A DNA stretch of 23,521 nt. Origin: Octopus sinensis. Taxonomy: Eukaryota. Numbering within the stretch: position 1 is the first letter of the stretch; every line of letters begins with the position of its first letter. This document shows positions 1 through 9,294 of the stretch, piece after piece. The notes under the pieces are model-generated. The model was not told where the DNA came from and searched no databases. It was given only the letters and a program-made list of their open reading frames with translations. The translations under genes were made by a program, and so were the position numbers. The stretch spans positions 1 through 23,521 of the forward strand of contig NW_021836578.1 of the NCBI RefSeq assembly GCF_006345805.1. The letters run 5' to 3'.

Positions 1-262
1 AATCTGCTTGAGAACTACATTAAAGGTACGCGTGTCTGTGTAATGCTTAAGCCACTTACAGATTAATTGCATGAGCAGGCTGTTCCGTTGATAAGACCAA
101 CAGAATCACTCACCATCGTGACGACGGAGTGCCAATTTCTTTTCATGTGGGCTTAGAACACACTATATCGAAATAGAAAGATAGGATGGTCACAACTAGA
201 TATCCTTTGATCATAGTTCTGCTCGACTGAGACTGACCTGGGCTCTAACAACAAAAACAACT
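1..262 (+). mobile_element. Probable 3' fragments of interspersed retroposons (two tail-like segments, the second ending in (CAA)n)
   Basis: Segments ending ...GACGGAGTGCCA (~135) and ...GACCTGGGCTCTAACAACAAAAACAAC (~260) resemble retroposon tails I recall from octopus repeats. No second copy in the window to confirm. Confidence 0.3.
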
Positions 263-283
263 ATATATATATAACTAATGTAG

Positions 284-470
284 GATAAAATTTTTTTCGA
301 AAAAAAATTTTATCAATGGCCAGCATATCAAAATATGCCCTTAAAGGTTAAATTTATAAACAGCTTATAGAATAAATTCTAATGCCAAATATGCCGAAAA
401 AAAGACAAAATTGTCAATAACCATTATAATTTATGCATAAATTATAATGGTTAGAATTTTTCTTTTGCCC
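284..470. repeat. Cluster of palindromes/inverted repeats
   Basis: Near-perfect 31-bp palindrome at 284-314 (GATAAAATTTTTTTC|GAAAAAAAATTTTATC, one extra A) and a perfect loopless 36-bp palindrome at 418-453 (TAACCATTATAATTTATG|CATAAATTATAATGGTTA), plus short hairpins between them. Confidence 0.9.
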
Positions 471-484
471 TTGTTTTTATATAG

Positions 485-486
<2 letters not shown>

Positions 487-538
<52 letters not shown>

Positions 539-595
539 TATACATATATATATACAATATATATATATATACATTTATACATGTATAAATATATA
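487..595. repeat. (TA)n microsatellite
   Basis: Visible dinucleotide array with CA interruptions. Confidence 0.95.
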
Positions 596-704
596 GTTAA
601 TCCAAACATGGACAAAGAGAAAACAACAACGCGAGGACGCGGAAATGTTTCGTGTTATTGGACGCTCAAGAAAGGAAAGAAAGGAGGATTTAACGTTTCG
701 AGCG
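596..704 (-). mobile_element. Truncated Penelope-like non-autonomous element fragment at a TA array
   Basis: Carries GACGCTC...AACGTTTCGAGC (minus strand GCTC-GAAA-C-GTT, the 3' half of a minimal hammerhead). Shares these motifs with 22455-22612 in opposite orientation. Family assignment is inference. Confidence 0.5.
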
Positions 705-734
705 AAAGAAGCCTGCTATATATATATATATAAT

Positions 735-777
<43 letters not shown>

Positions 778-1030
778 ATATATATATATGTATATATATA
801 TGTGTGTGTGTGTCTTTATGTCTTTGTTCCACCACCGTTGCTTGACAACCGATGTTGGTGTGTTTATGTGCCCGTAACTTAGAGATTCGGTAAAATATAT
901 CGATAGATTGAGTACTAGGCTTACAAAGAAAAAGACCTGAGATTGATTTCTTGGACTAAACCACTTTAAGGCGGTTCTCTAGTATGGCTGAAGCAAATGA
1001 CTGAAAAACAAGTAAAAGAATAAAAGAATA
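704..1030 (+). mobile_element. SINE family A, 5'-truncated and diverged copy
   Basis: GAAAGAAGCCTG + central (TA)n(TG)n + GCTTGACAACCGATG...GGCGG...AAATGACTGAAA + (GAATAAAA)n tail; aligns to the full copies at 3178 and 3876. Confidence 0.9.
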
Positions 1031-1032
1031 TA

Positions 1033-1035
<3 letters not shown>

Positions 1036-1068
<33 letters not shown>

Positions 1069-1148
1069 TGCGTGTGTGTGTATGTGTGCGTGTGAGTGTG
1101 GTGTGTGAGTGTGGTGTGTGTGTGTGTGTGTGAGTGTGTGTGCGTGTA
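1036..1148. repeat. (TG)n microsatellite
   Basis: Visible array. Confidence 0.95.
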
Positions 1149-1301
1149 TTGCTGACTCCCACATCTACATGCACATATTAACATGCCAATGTTTTGCAAC
1201 AATGTAGCTGAAATGAAATTACTTCCGTGGAGCTTTTGGCATACTCACCTCTCACCAACTAGACTCTCACATAAAACTGTGAGATGGAGATTTTGAATAC
1301 G

Positions 1302-1348
<47 letters not shown>

Positions 1349-1925
1349 ACACAAGCACACATATGTATATATTTATTATATGTGTGTGTATGTGCTTGTG
1401 GGTGCGCGCACTTATATACATAGGCATGTATATATGTGTATGCATGTATATATGGATACATATATATGTATGTACATACATATATACATACATATATACA
1501 TGTATATATATATATACATATATATATACATACATATATACATGTATATATATATACATATATATACATATATATACATGTATATATATATATAATACAT
1601 ATATATACATATATATACATGTATATATATATATATACATATATATAAGATATAATACATGTATATATATATATACATATATATATACATACATATATAT
1701 ACATGTATACTATAAACATATAATATAAACATAATATACATATATAGATATACATATATATATATTACAATATAGATAATATATACATACATTATATATA
1801 TATATTCATGTATATATATATATATATATTTGTATATATATAATATGTATATACATACATATATATATACACACATATATATCTATATGTATAATATATA
1901 TATTATATATCTATATATATATATG
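1302..1925. repeat. Compound microsatellite: (CA)n followed by ~550 bp of (TA)n/(TACA)n with recurrent TATACATGTATA units
   Basis: Visible array; source of the Y/I/M-rich ORFs at 1245-1876. Confidence 0.95.
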
Positions 1926-2256
1926 TATGAATTCTGACACATTACAAATATGTACACAGTGTACACATTTTTATACCGAATACTTTGAAATATAGTTTAT
2001 TACATTACTGATAAGTTCTGTTGCAACCAATTAATGTAATAAAAAGCAGAGGTATCATGTTCCGGTTTATAGACGGAAATTGTAAACTTGAGCCGATCCC
2101 AAGCACTTCCTTCTTAATGTATTTAGTTTGAAGACTGAAATCCTATATACAGATGTCAAACCATTTGGATGCCTTAAGTCGTTGAGTCATTTTTTTGGGG
2201 ATAACTTATTGATGTGAAATGGTGTGCATCAAACGGAGGATTATTGAGTGCAGAAA

Positions 2257-2451
2257 ATGTTCAATATACTTTATGTTTCTGTGAATTTAAGAATTAAAAA
2301 TTAAATTTAATCAACATTGGTAACACATTCACTGATTTTCTTACCGTTTTCGTTGGTTACCGTTTGAAATTTTTTCTGTATAGGTAAAATTTACTTTGTA
2401 TTTGTCTGAAGATTATGATTTTACTGTCTTTGTCAAATCTGTTTCTTAAAT
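2257..2451 (+). repeat. Unclassified ~190-bp interspersed module, copy 1
   Basis: Aligns to 5757-5942, including an identical run TTTATGTTTCTGTGAATTTAAGAATTAAAAATTAAATTTAA; both end AATCTGTTTCTTAAAT. Confidence 0.85.
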
Positions 2452-2685
2452 CCTATGGTTTCCGCAGGAATAAGGCGCCGGGCTTTTCGAAACGATGTTC
2501 GAGTTTACGAATGATTATAACTCTGTATGGGCAATGGGCAACTTCCAAGTGTCTCTTTTGGCCTGGTTGTTTTCTCGAGGTCTTTGCTAGTTTGGAGTAA
2601 GCTGTACTCTAATATCATTAGCCATTATTCAGACTCTTCTGAGGTGCTCGCAGAGCAATGAATTTCTCTTCGTACCGGTATAGTG

Positions 2686-2768
2686 GTGGAGGCGCGTGGC
2701 TTAGTGGTTAGGGTGTCAGCACCATGATCGTAAGTCTGTGGTTTCGATTCCTGGACCGGGCGACGCGT
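2686..2768 (+). mobile_element. SINE family C1, head-only copy
   Basis: 83 bp identical to 2875-2957 except 2 substitutions; A box TGGCTTAGTGG and B box GTTTCGATTCC. Confidence 0.9.
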
Positions 2769-2874
2769 AAGTTTGTGACTTGGTATATGACTTGGTTGCT
2801 ATTTTTAGCAAGTCAAGTGTCCACATTCTACTGTTGACTTGTCTCAAGATTAGATAGCTTATGTTGTTTTAAAT

Positions 2875-3120
2875 GTGGAGGCGCGTGGCTTAGTGGTTAG
2901 GGTGTCAGCACCATGATCGTAAGATTGTGGTTTCGATTCCTGGACCGGGCGACGCGTTGTGTTCTCGAGCAAAACACTTCATTTCACGTTGCTCCAGTCC
3001 ACTCAGCTGGCAAAAATGAGTAACGCTGCGATGGACTGGTGTCTCGTCCAGCTGGGGAACACATACGCCATAGAAACCGGGAAACCGGACCCATGAACCT
3101 GGCTAGGTTTTAAAAGGGCA
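2875..3120 (+). mobile_element. SINE family C1, full-length (tRNA-like head, CORE-like body, shared tail)
   Basis: Pol III A and B boxes; body GTGTT..GAGCAAAACACTTC...AAAATGAGTA resembles CORE-type SINE bodies (from memory); tail TAACGCTGCGATGGACTGG...AAAAGGGC is shared with 21815-22115. Confidence 0.9.
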
Positions 3121-3177
3121 CAGAACCGGTATACTGGCCTTACGCTCACAATTTGTGTAGCTAAGTTGAACAAATGT

Positions 3178-3339
3178 CGCAGGAGTGGCTGTGTGGTAAG
3201 TAGCTTGCTAACCAACCACATGGTTCCGGGTTCAGTCCCACTGCGTAGCATCTTGGGCAAGTGTCTTCTGCTATAGCCCCGGGCCAACCAATGTCTTGTG
3301 AGTGAATTTTGGTAGACGGAAATTGAAAGAAGCCTGTCG

Positions 3340-3375
<36 letters not shown>

Positions 3376-3620
3376 GTGTGGTGGTGTGTGTGTGTGTGTG
3401 TCTGTGTTTGTCCCCCTAGCATTGCTTGACAACCGATGCTGGTGTGTTTACGTCCCCGTTACTTAGCGGTTCGGCAAAAAAAGAGACCGATAGAATAAGT
3501 ACTGGGCTTTCAAAGAATAAGTCCCGGGCTTGATTTGCTCGACTAAAGGCGGTGCTCCAGCATGGCCGCAGTCAAATGACTGAAACAAGTAAAAGAGTAA
3601 AAGAGTAAAGAGTAAAGAGT
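3178..3620 (+). mobile_element. SINE family A, full-length
   Basis: Head CGCAGGAGTGGCTGTGTGG (A box)...GGTTCAGTCCC (B box), central (TA)n(TG)n, tail (GAGTAAA[A])n; six long copies in the window. Confidence 0.95.
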
Positions 3621-3778
3621 ATGTAGCTACGAATCCGATTATTGACTAATTCCATCGGCAGTGAAGGCGAAAGAGTTACAAATAATTTTTTTCTCTTCGT
3701 TTTCTATTTTTTTTTTTTTTTTTTTTTTTTTCAGTTCCAGAAAACTTTTGGAATGTTTCAAAATTCATCTTCATTTAT

Positions 3779-3807
3779 GCGCAGGAGTGGCTGTGTGGTA
3801 AGTAGCT
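3779..3807 (+). mobile_element. SINE family A orphan head fragment
   Basis: GCGCAGGAGTGGCTGTGTGGTAAGTAGCT matches the start of family A. Confidence 0.85.
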
Positions 3808-3875
3808 ATAGCCGCAGGATTCTTCAACAAATCCAAAGGGGATTTTCCCTATACAGAAAAAAGAAAAATTCCATA

Positions 3876-4273
3876 GGCGCAGGAGTAGCTGTGTGGTAAG
3901 TAGGTTGCTTACCAACCACATGGTTCCGGGTTCAGTCCCACTGCGTGGCATCTTGGACAAGTGTCTTCTACTATAGCCTCGGGCCGACCAAAGCCTTGTG
4001 AGTGGATTTGGTAGACGGAAACTGAAAGAAGCCCGTCGTATATATATATGTGTGTGTGTGTTTGTGTGTCTGTGTTTGTCCCCACAGCATCGCTTGACAA
4101 CCGATGCTGGTGTGTTTACGTCCCCGTAACTTAGCGGTTCGGCAAAAAGAGACCGATAGAACAAGTACTAGGCTTACAATGAATAAGTCCTGGGGTCTAT
4201 TTGATCGACTAAAGGCGGTGCTCCAGCATGGTCGCAGTCAAAATGATTGAAACAAGTAAAAGAGTAAAAGAGT
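3876..4273 (+). mobile_element. SINE family A, full-length
   Basis: GGCGCAGGAG head through (GAGTAAAA)n tail; colinear with 3178-3620. Confidence 0.95.
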
Positions 4274-4339
4274 ACTTACCTTGGATAGAAAAAGGGTTTG
4301 AGTTAACATACTTTGGGTATATATGAATTTACAATATTA

Positions 4340-4506
4340 GTTTCCAATTTTGGCACAAGGCCAGCAAGTTTCGGGGGAGGGAGTTAGTCGATTATATCGA
4401 CCTCTGTTCTCAACTGGTACATTTTTAGCGATCACGAAAGGATGAAAGGCAAATCGAGTTCGGCAGGATTTGAACTCAAAACATATAGACGGACGCTCGC
4501 CGCCTT
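4340..4506 (-). mobile_element. SINE family B' (B-type head/body, alternative tail) with an internal head deletion
   Basis: Minus strand: AAGGCGGCGAGC joined to the body ...TTTGCCTTTCATCCTTTCG... and tail CCCCGAAACTTGCTGGCCTTGTGCCAAAATTGGAAAC, the same tail as ~20012-20048. Confidence 0.85.
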
Positions 4507-4726
4507 ATCAACCTTGCAATAACGCATTGCAACGTTGGTGCGTGAGAAAGTAGCTTAAAAGGTACTTGCCATGATGGTTATATTAGTAATCTCAAAAATG
4601 TAAAAAAATTCACCCTTTTAAATGATTATAGAAAACAAAAAGGAAAACGTATAAAAAAAAAAGCGAAGAATCAAACATGCAGAACCTCAAGAATAATCAT
4701 GTATAAAGAAAGACAGTGATGGAAAC

Positions 4727-4796
4727 ATTAATAATAATAATAATAATATAATAATAATAATAATGATAATAATAATAATGATAATAATAATAATAA
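4727..4796. repeat. (AAT)n microsatellite
   Basis: Visible array. Confidence 0.95.
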
Positions 4797-5082
4797 CGGT
4801 GCAACCATTAACCACAATGCAAACAAAAAAAATGATTCTAACATTTACAAAGATAAAAAAAAGACAAGAAGTGAAAAGGAGCTCTTTGATATGAGCCAGC
4901 TCAAAGTAAAAAAAAAGTAAAATGAAGGAACGAGCGAGGTTTGTCACAGAAGCAAAGTACCTCGTCACTTAACGAATTTATGCAGGAACGCATGAAGAGG
5001 AAGTGACAAAACGTCTTTTCAAAATTAACCATGGTGAAATCTACCATATGTCGACGAAAGAGGACTGAAAAAAAAAAGATTG

Positions 5083-5488
5083 GGATCTTTCCGGTTTGAA
5101 CGGCAGATTTTTCTAGCGGTATCATACGAAATTGTCACCCATAATTATGACCCTAGTATCGATCTATTGCATTTCAATCTGTTTTAGGGTTAGGGTTAGG
5201 GTATCTTTTTTTTCTTCACAAAGGTAAATGAACCCAATCTGTTTCTTAAACGAGGGACGTATTCATACGGCACTGAATGTTTTTTTACCTCAATGGACGT
5301 CAGTGATTGGTTAAAATTGCAGAAATTGAAGAAGAAAAACAACAAATATCTTACAAACTATGGAATTTTCTCAATAAAGCCAAGAGAAAAAGATGTTTTA
5401 TAAACACATTCTACCAGTATACGAAGTTTAACATTTTTTAGTTACCTAGAAATTATGTTAAAGACTGCCGATCAAACCGAAAAGATCC
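5083..5488 (-). mobile_element. MITE copy 1 (GG-terminated TIRs, 8-bp TSD, Merlin-like), with internal (TTAGGG)3
   Basis: TIR GGATCTTTCCGGTTTGAACGGCAG / CTGCCGATCAAACCGAAAAGATCC; TSD AAAGATTG (5075-5082) / AAAGATTA (5489-5496); reverse complement of 7306-7722. Strand label is relative to copy 2. Confidence 0.9.
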
Positions 5489-5756
5489 AAAGATTATGGC
5501 GGGATAGGTGTTCTCTCGACATGGATAAACCACAAAGAAGTCTGTGACCAATTTTAAATCCGACAAACAGACAAGGAAATAGATAGTGGTGGCATGTCAT
5601 AAGCTTCATCAAAACCAGGATTTGTTGCAACCTTCCCTTTAAAGGCAGACTGAAAGCCCCACCCACTTTTGACGGGTAGGCTTATGTTACTTTCATTCTT
5701 ACCATTTTTTTCGATAAAACCATTAGAAAATACAGTAGAAAAATTCATGACATAAC

Positions 5757-5942
5757 TGTTCAAAAACTTTATGTTTCTGTGAATTTAAGAATTAAAAATT
5801 AAATTTAAAATCTGGAATCAACATTAGTAACACATTCATTGTTTTACTTGCCGTTTTCGTTGTTGGTTACTGTTTGTAAAATCCACTTTGTATTTGTTTG
5901 AAGATCATGATTTGACTGTCTTTACAAATCTGTTTCTTAAAT
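5757..5942 (+). repeat. Unclassified ~190-bp interspersed module, copy 2
   Basis: Aligns to 2257-2451 with small indels. Confidence 0.85.
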
Positions 5943-6146
5943 ACTTTTCTACTTTCAAATATAAAAAAAAAATATTCAACATTCTTGGGTATGGGGTTCG
6001 TAAACTCTAGACAAAAAAAAAGCCATGTTGTTAAACCAGTTAGCGAATATTTGCGAAATAAACTAATGTATTGAAGAACAAGCCTCAAAAGGTCAGGATC
6101 GATAATATTCCCAGCCTGATGATAACAACAACAACAACAGCAATAA

Positions 6147-6335
6147 GTGGAGGTGCAATGGCTCAATGGTTAGGACAGTGGACTCGCGGTTGTAAGAACG
6201 CGGTTTCGATTCCTTGACCGGGCATTGTGAGTGTTTATTGAGCAAAACACCTAAGCTCCACAAGGCTCCAGCGGGGGAAGGATGATGAATCTCGCTGTAC
6301 TCTTTCACCACAACTTTCTCTGACTCTTTCTTCCC
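6147..6335 (+). mobile_element. SINE family C2 (head and body, no tail)
   Basis: GTGGAGG[T/C]GCAATGG head, B box GGTTTCGATTCC, body TTTATTGAGCAAAACACCTAAGCTCCAC...CCACAACTTTC colinear with the reverse complement of 21815-22115. Confidence 0.85.
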
Positions 6336-6667
6336 TACTACTGCCACAAAGCAGAGGAACCATGGTGTAACGCACTATGGTGTGGTAAACTTTCAGACAC
6401 TAGTTTAGATTGCGAATCCTCTGTATCCCAGGGTGGTTCAGCTTTCCACCCGTTAAAATCCACCGTTTACGGAATGAGGATAACAACGTAGCATTCGCGC
6501 CCGTGCAACCGCCAGTCTATCGGGTGTGGTGGGTGGATCTTCAACTTGCCATACGCATTCTTAGTAGCTTAGAGTAGGCTCGAATTAGAGATTATTCTTT
6601 GTGGCTTATGGCATGAGTCCTGATTGGAAGAAGAAGACAACAGCAGTAACAACATTAATAATAGTTC

Positions 6668-6802
6668 TTTCTAATTTTGGTGCAAAGTAAGCGATTTTAA
6701 GGGAAGTGGGACAGTCAATTGAATTGATTTTAATACTTTTCTGTTGAGGTAGTTCAGTGACCCGAAAATTGATGGGTGAGGTTGACAGCAAAATTTGAAC
6801 AA
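6668..6802 (-). mobile_element. Highly diverged SINE B' remnant
   Basis: TTTCTAATTTTGGTGCAAAG...GAGGTTGACAGCAAAATTTGAAC is weakly colinear with 4340-4480. Confidence 0.55.
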
Positions 6803-7305
6803 GGCACGTAAAGATCTGGAAAAAAATACCACAAGAAATTCATTCAACTCTAACAATTCTTCAAGCTCGTCGCCTTTACAATAATGTCAAGATAAAATTA
6901 AAAAGAGAAAATTTAAGAACATTAAAATCATGCTAGATAAAAATTAAACGGAGATAAGAGAATTAGACAAAATAGAATTACCGACTATTTTAAATCAATG
7001 AACAGACAGAGACTAACAGAGAATAATGATAGATAAGGTCATGAAAAAAAACATAGACATTAGATTATTATTTCAAATGGATTTAAATTAACATTTAGAA
7101 CAAAGCAAAAAAAAAAAATAATAAGGCAGTAAGTGTTAACACGATAGCTGTCCAAGGGATAGGTTAGAGTTACGTTCTTAACTGGACATAGATGCTAGCA
7201 AGAAAATAAGAAATGTGACTGTAAATATATTTACGACAAGTACAGGGAGGTGGAGTGGTTTTGCAGCTAGGAGACTGTTATAGAGTTTCTACTGGAGAAA
7301 TACAG

Positions 7306-7722
7306 GGATCTTTTCGGTTTGAACGGCAGTTTTTTAAAATAATTTCCACGTAACTAAACACTTTTAAACTTCCTATACTGGTAGAATGTGTTTATAAAAC
7401 ATCTTTTTCTCTTGGCTTTATTGAGAAAATTCTATGGTTTGTAAGATATTTGTTGTTTTTTTTCTTCAATTCCTGCAATTTCAACCAATCACTGACGTCT
7501 ATTGAGGTAAAAAACATTCTATGCCGTATGAATATGTCCCTCGTTTAAAAAACAGATTGGGTTTATTTACATTTCTGAAGAAAAAAAAGATACCCTTCCC
7601 TAACCCTAACCCTAACCCTAAAACAGATTGAAATGCAATAGATCGATACTAGGGTCATAATTATGGGTGACAATTTCATATGACACCGCTAGAAAAAACT
7701 GCCGTTCAAACCGAAAAGATCC
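7306..7722 (+). mobile_element. MITE copy 2 (Merlin-like), with internal (CCCTAA)4
   Basis: Perfect 30-bp TIR GGATCTTTTCGGTTTGAACGGCAGTTTTTT; perfect 8-bp TSD AAATACAG (7298-7305 / 7723-7730). GG termini with 8-bp TSD fit Merlin/IS1016-like elements; superfamily is inference. Confidence 0.92.
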
Positions 7723-7933
7723 AAATACAGAAATATATCTAACAAAGTATAATGCGATAATGATATAAATAAACGCAAGAAACGAACAAAATGTGTTTAT
7801 AATCTTGAAGGGTGAACTAACGGTTGTAGGAAAAAGGAGAACGAACAAGAAAAATATAGACAAGAAATCGTAATCACACTTATGCTTATAGTTAAAAATA
7901 TTTACGAGTAAGTGCTGAAAAGTTCTTCGCTTG

Positions 7934-8122
7934 AAGGGTGCCGCGGAAAGCCTGGCTGGAGGCTCAACTTTCTGAGTTTTTTCACAGGGCTTAGAAAAAC
8001 TGAAGGAAGGTTGCAATAAGTGTGTTAATTTGAGAAAGGGAATATGTCGAATAAAATTATTATTAACAGATCCTCCCATATTTTCTTTTACCCAAAGCCA
8101 GAAACTTTTCGGCACCCCCTCG
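7934..8122 (+). mobile_element. Mariner-type transposon 3' end (transposase C-terminus remnant and right TIR)
   Basis: 7953-8054 reads, with frameshifts, WLEAQLSEFF-QGLEKLKEGCNKCVNLR-GEYVE*, matching the mariner C-terminal pattern F..G..KL..RW.KC....GEYVE. Terminus GCCAGAAACTTTTCGGCACCCCCTCG followed by TA. Confidence 0.8.
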
Positions 8123-8353
8123 TACATCTACCCCCGGAAGAAGCTCACTTATAGACAGACACCGCAACAGTCTTACGGAAGTTGAGACCCTTCATCTCTT
8201 TAGCTGCTCAATAACGTGAAGGTGATTCCATACAAATTCTGCATCTTGATAACATTTTGACTCGTGGTGCTTTGATACACCAGACTAATACATGTTTGAC
8301 GGATGAAAGATCGGGGCTGTCTCTGCACACACTATGCCTACACTCTCTCTCTT

Positions 8354-9004
8354 TCTCTTTTGCCGAACCGCTAAGTTACGAGGACATAAACACACCACCA
8401 TCGGTTGTCAAGAGATGTTGGGGGGAGGGACAAACTCAGGCACATAAACACACACACGCATACATACATATATGTATATATATATGTATAGAATTTAATA
8501 TAAAATATAAATTACAAAGTGGGACAAGAGCGCAAAAACACACAAGGAGACGACACAAAAAACCGACGGGTCACTCGAAGCCTCTAATCTTCAGTCGGGA
8601 ACTGGATCATCTTAGTAATTTCGGCTGTTTAATCTCGATATCACTCCGATCCGGCCAGCCCCAAGGAAAATCCAAGCCACAGGCATTGGATTTCTTGGAA
8701 AGAAGGTCGAATGTATACGGAACAAAGACAGGATGCCACACGAATGTAAATACAAGAAACAAAATTATATATAAAACAGAAATAAAAAACACGAAGGTGG
8801 ACAGTACAAAGGACAGGAGCGTCTTACGACTTTAGACAAATATATACATATATATGACGGGCTTCTTTCAGTTTCCGTCTACCAAATCCACTCACAAGGC
8901 TTTGGTCAGCCCGAGGCTATAGTAGAAGACACTTGCTCAAGGTACCACGCAGTGGGAATGAACCCGGAACCATGTGGTTGGTAAGCAACCTACTTACCAC
9001 ACAC
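8354..9004 (-). mobile_element. SINE family A (both ends truncated), split by an insertion in its central TA tract
   Basis: 5' half at ~8839-9004 and 3' half at 8354-8489 are colinear with the other family A copies. Confidence 0.9.
8490..8838. mobile_element. ~350-bp unclassified insertion in a (TA)n tract, possibly Penelope-like
   Basis: Unique A-rich sequence bounded by TA repeats, interrupting SINE A; contains CTTCAGTC and AATTTCGGC motifs. Confidence 0.7.
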
Positions 9005-9294
9005 TAATAATAATCTCCTGTTGTCATGTATTGAGCGTTCAAATAAAGGTTAAGGGTGTAACCTCCTACGGAAAGTCCAAAGGGAGTGACTCGTAGGTAG
9101 ATATGTACGGTTATACATAACCAATATCTAGCATGATCTGCGGTTCCATGGGTGCAGCTAACTTAATGCCTTTTTATTTCTTCGCGGCACATATATGAGT
9201 TAAATTAATGGTAAATGTTCTTGGGTTAAGTCACTTGGTTCTGAAAACATCCCAAGCACAGCAGAGGTGGTTAAGCTACTTTTCCTGTAATATC

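Noticed and set aside
956-1876. ORFs of 61-162 aa (H/T, Y/I/M, C/V rich)
   Set aside because: They are translations of (CA)n and (TA)n microsatellites.
2686-2950. tRNA-like sequences at SINE heads (also 3178, 3876, 6147, 13597, 19471, 22115)
   Set aside because: A/B boxes are present but each continues into SINE body sequence or duplicates a SINE head; no clean cloverleaf was found.
3003-4164. Mutually similar minus-strand ORFs (TEPGTMWLVS...), also at 13283-13846
   Set aside because: They are antisense translations of SINE A copies; the similarity reflects the repeat, not a gene family.
6930-7030. Weak RTE-like peptide (KRIRQNRITDYFKSMNRQRLT)
   Set aside because: Only a loose resemblance to the RTE R..W.GH..RM...RL.K pattern in A-rich DNA; too weak to call.
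7618-8127. 169-aa minus-strand ORF
   Set aside because: It spans a mariner end (antisense), unique sequence and a MITE end, so it is a chance frame across unrelated elements.
8560-8670. Possible type II hammerhead on the minus strand
   Set aside because: GAAA and CUGAAGA are present, but stem I does not pair and five extra bases separate the core from stem II.
8257-8835. 192-aa plus-strand ORF
   Set aside because: It crosses a SINE, a microsatellite and an insertion, and has no recognisable domain.
9061-9128. Two adjacent small hairpins (CCTACG/CGTAGG; GGTTAT/ATAACC)
   Set aside because: Short stems, single copy, and no recognisable RNA motif.
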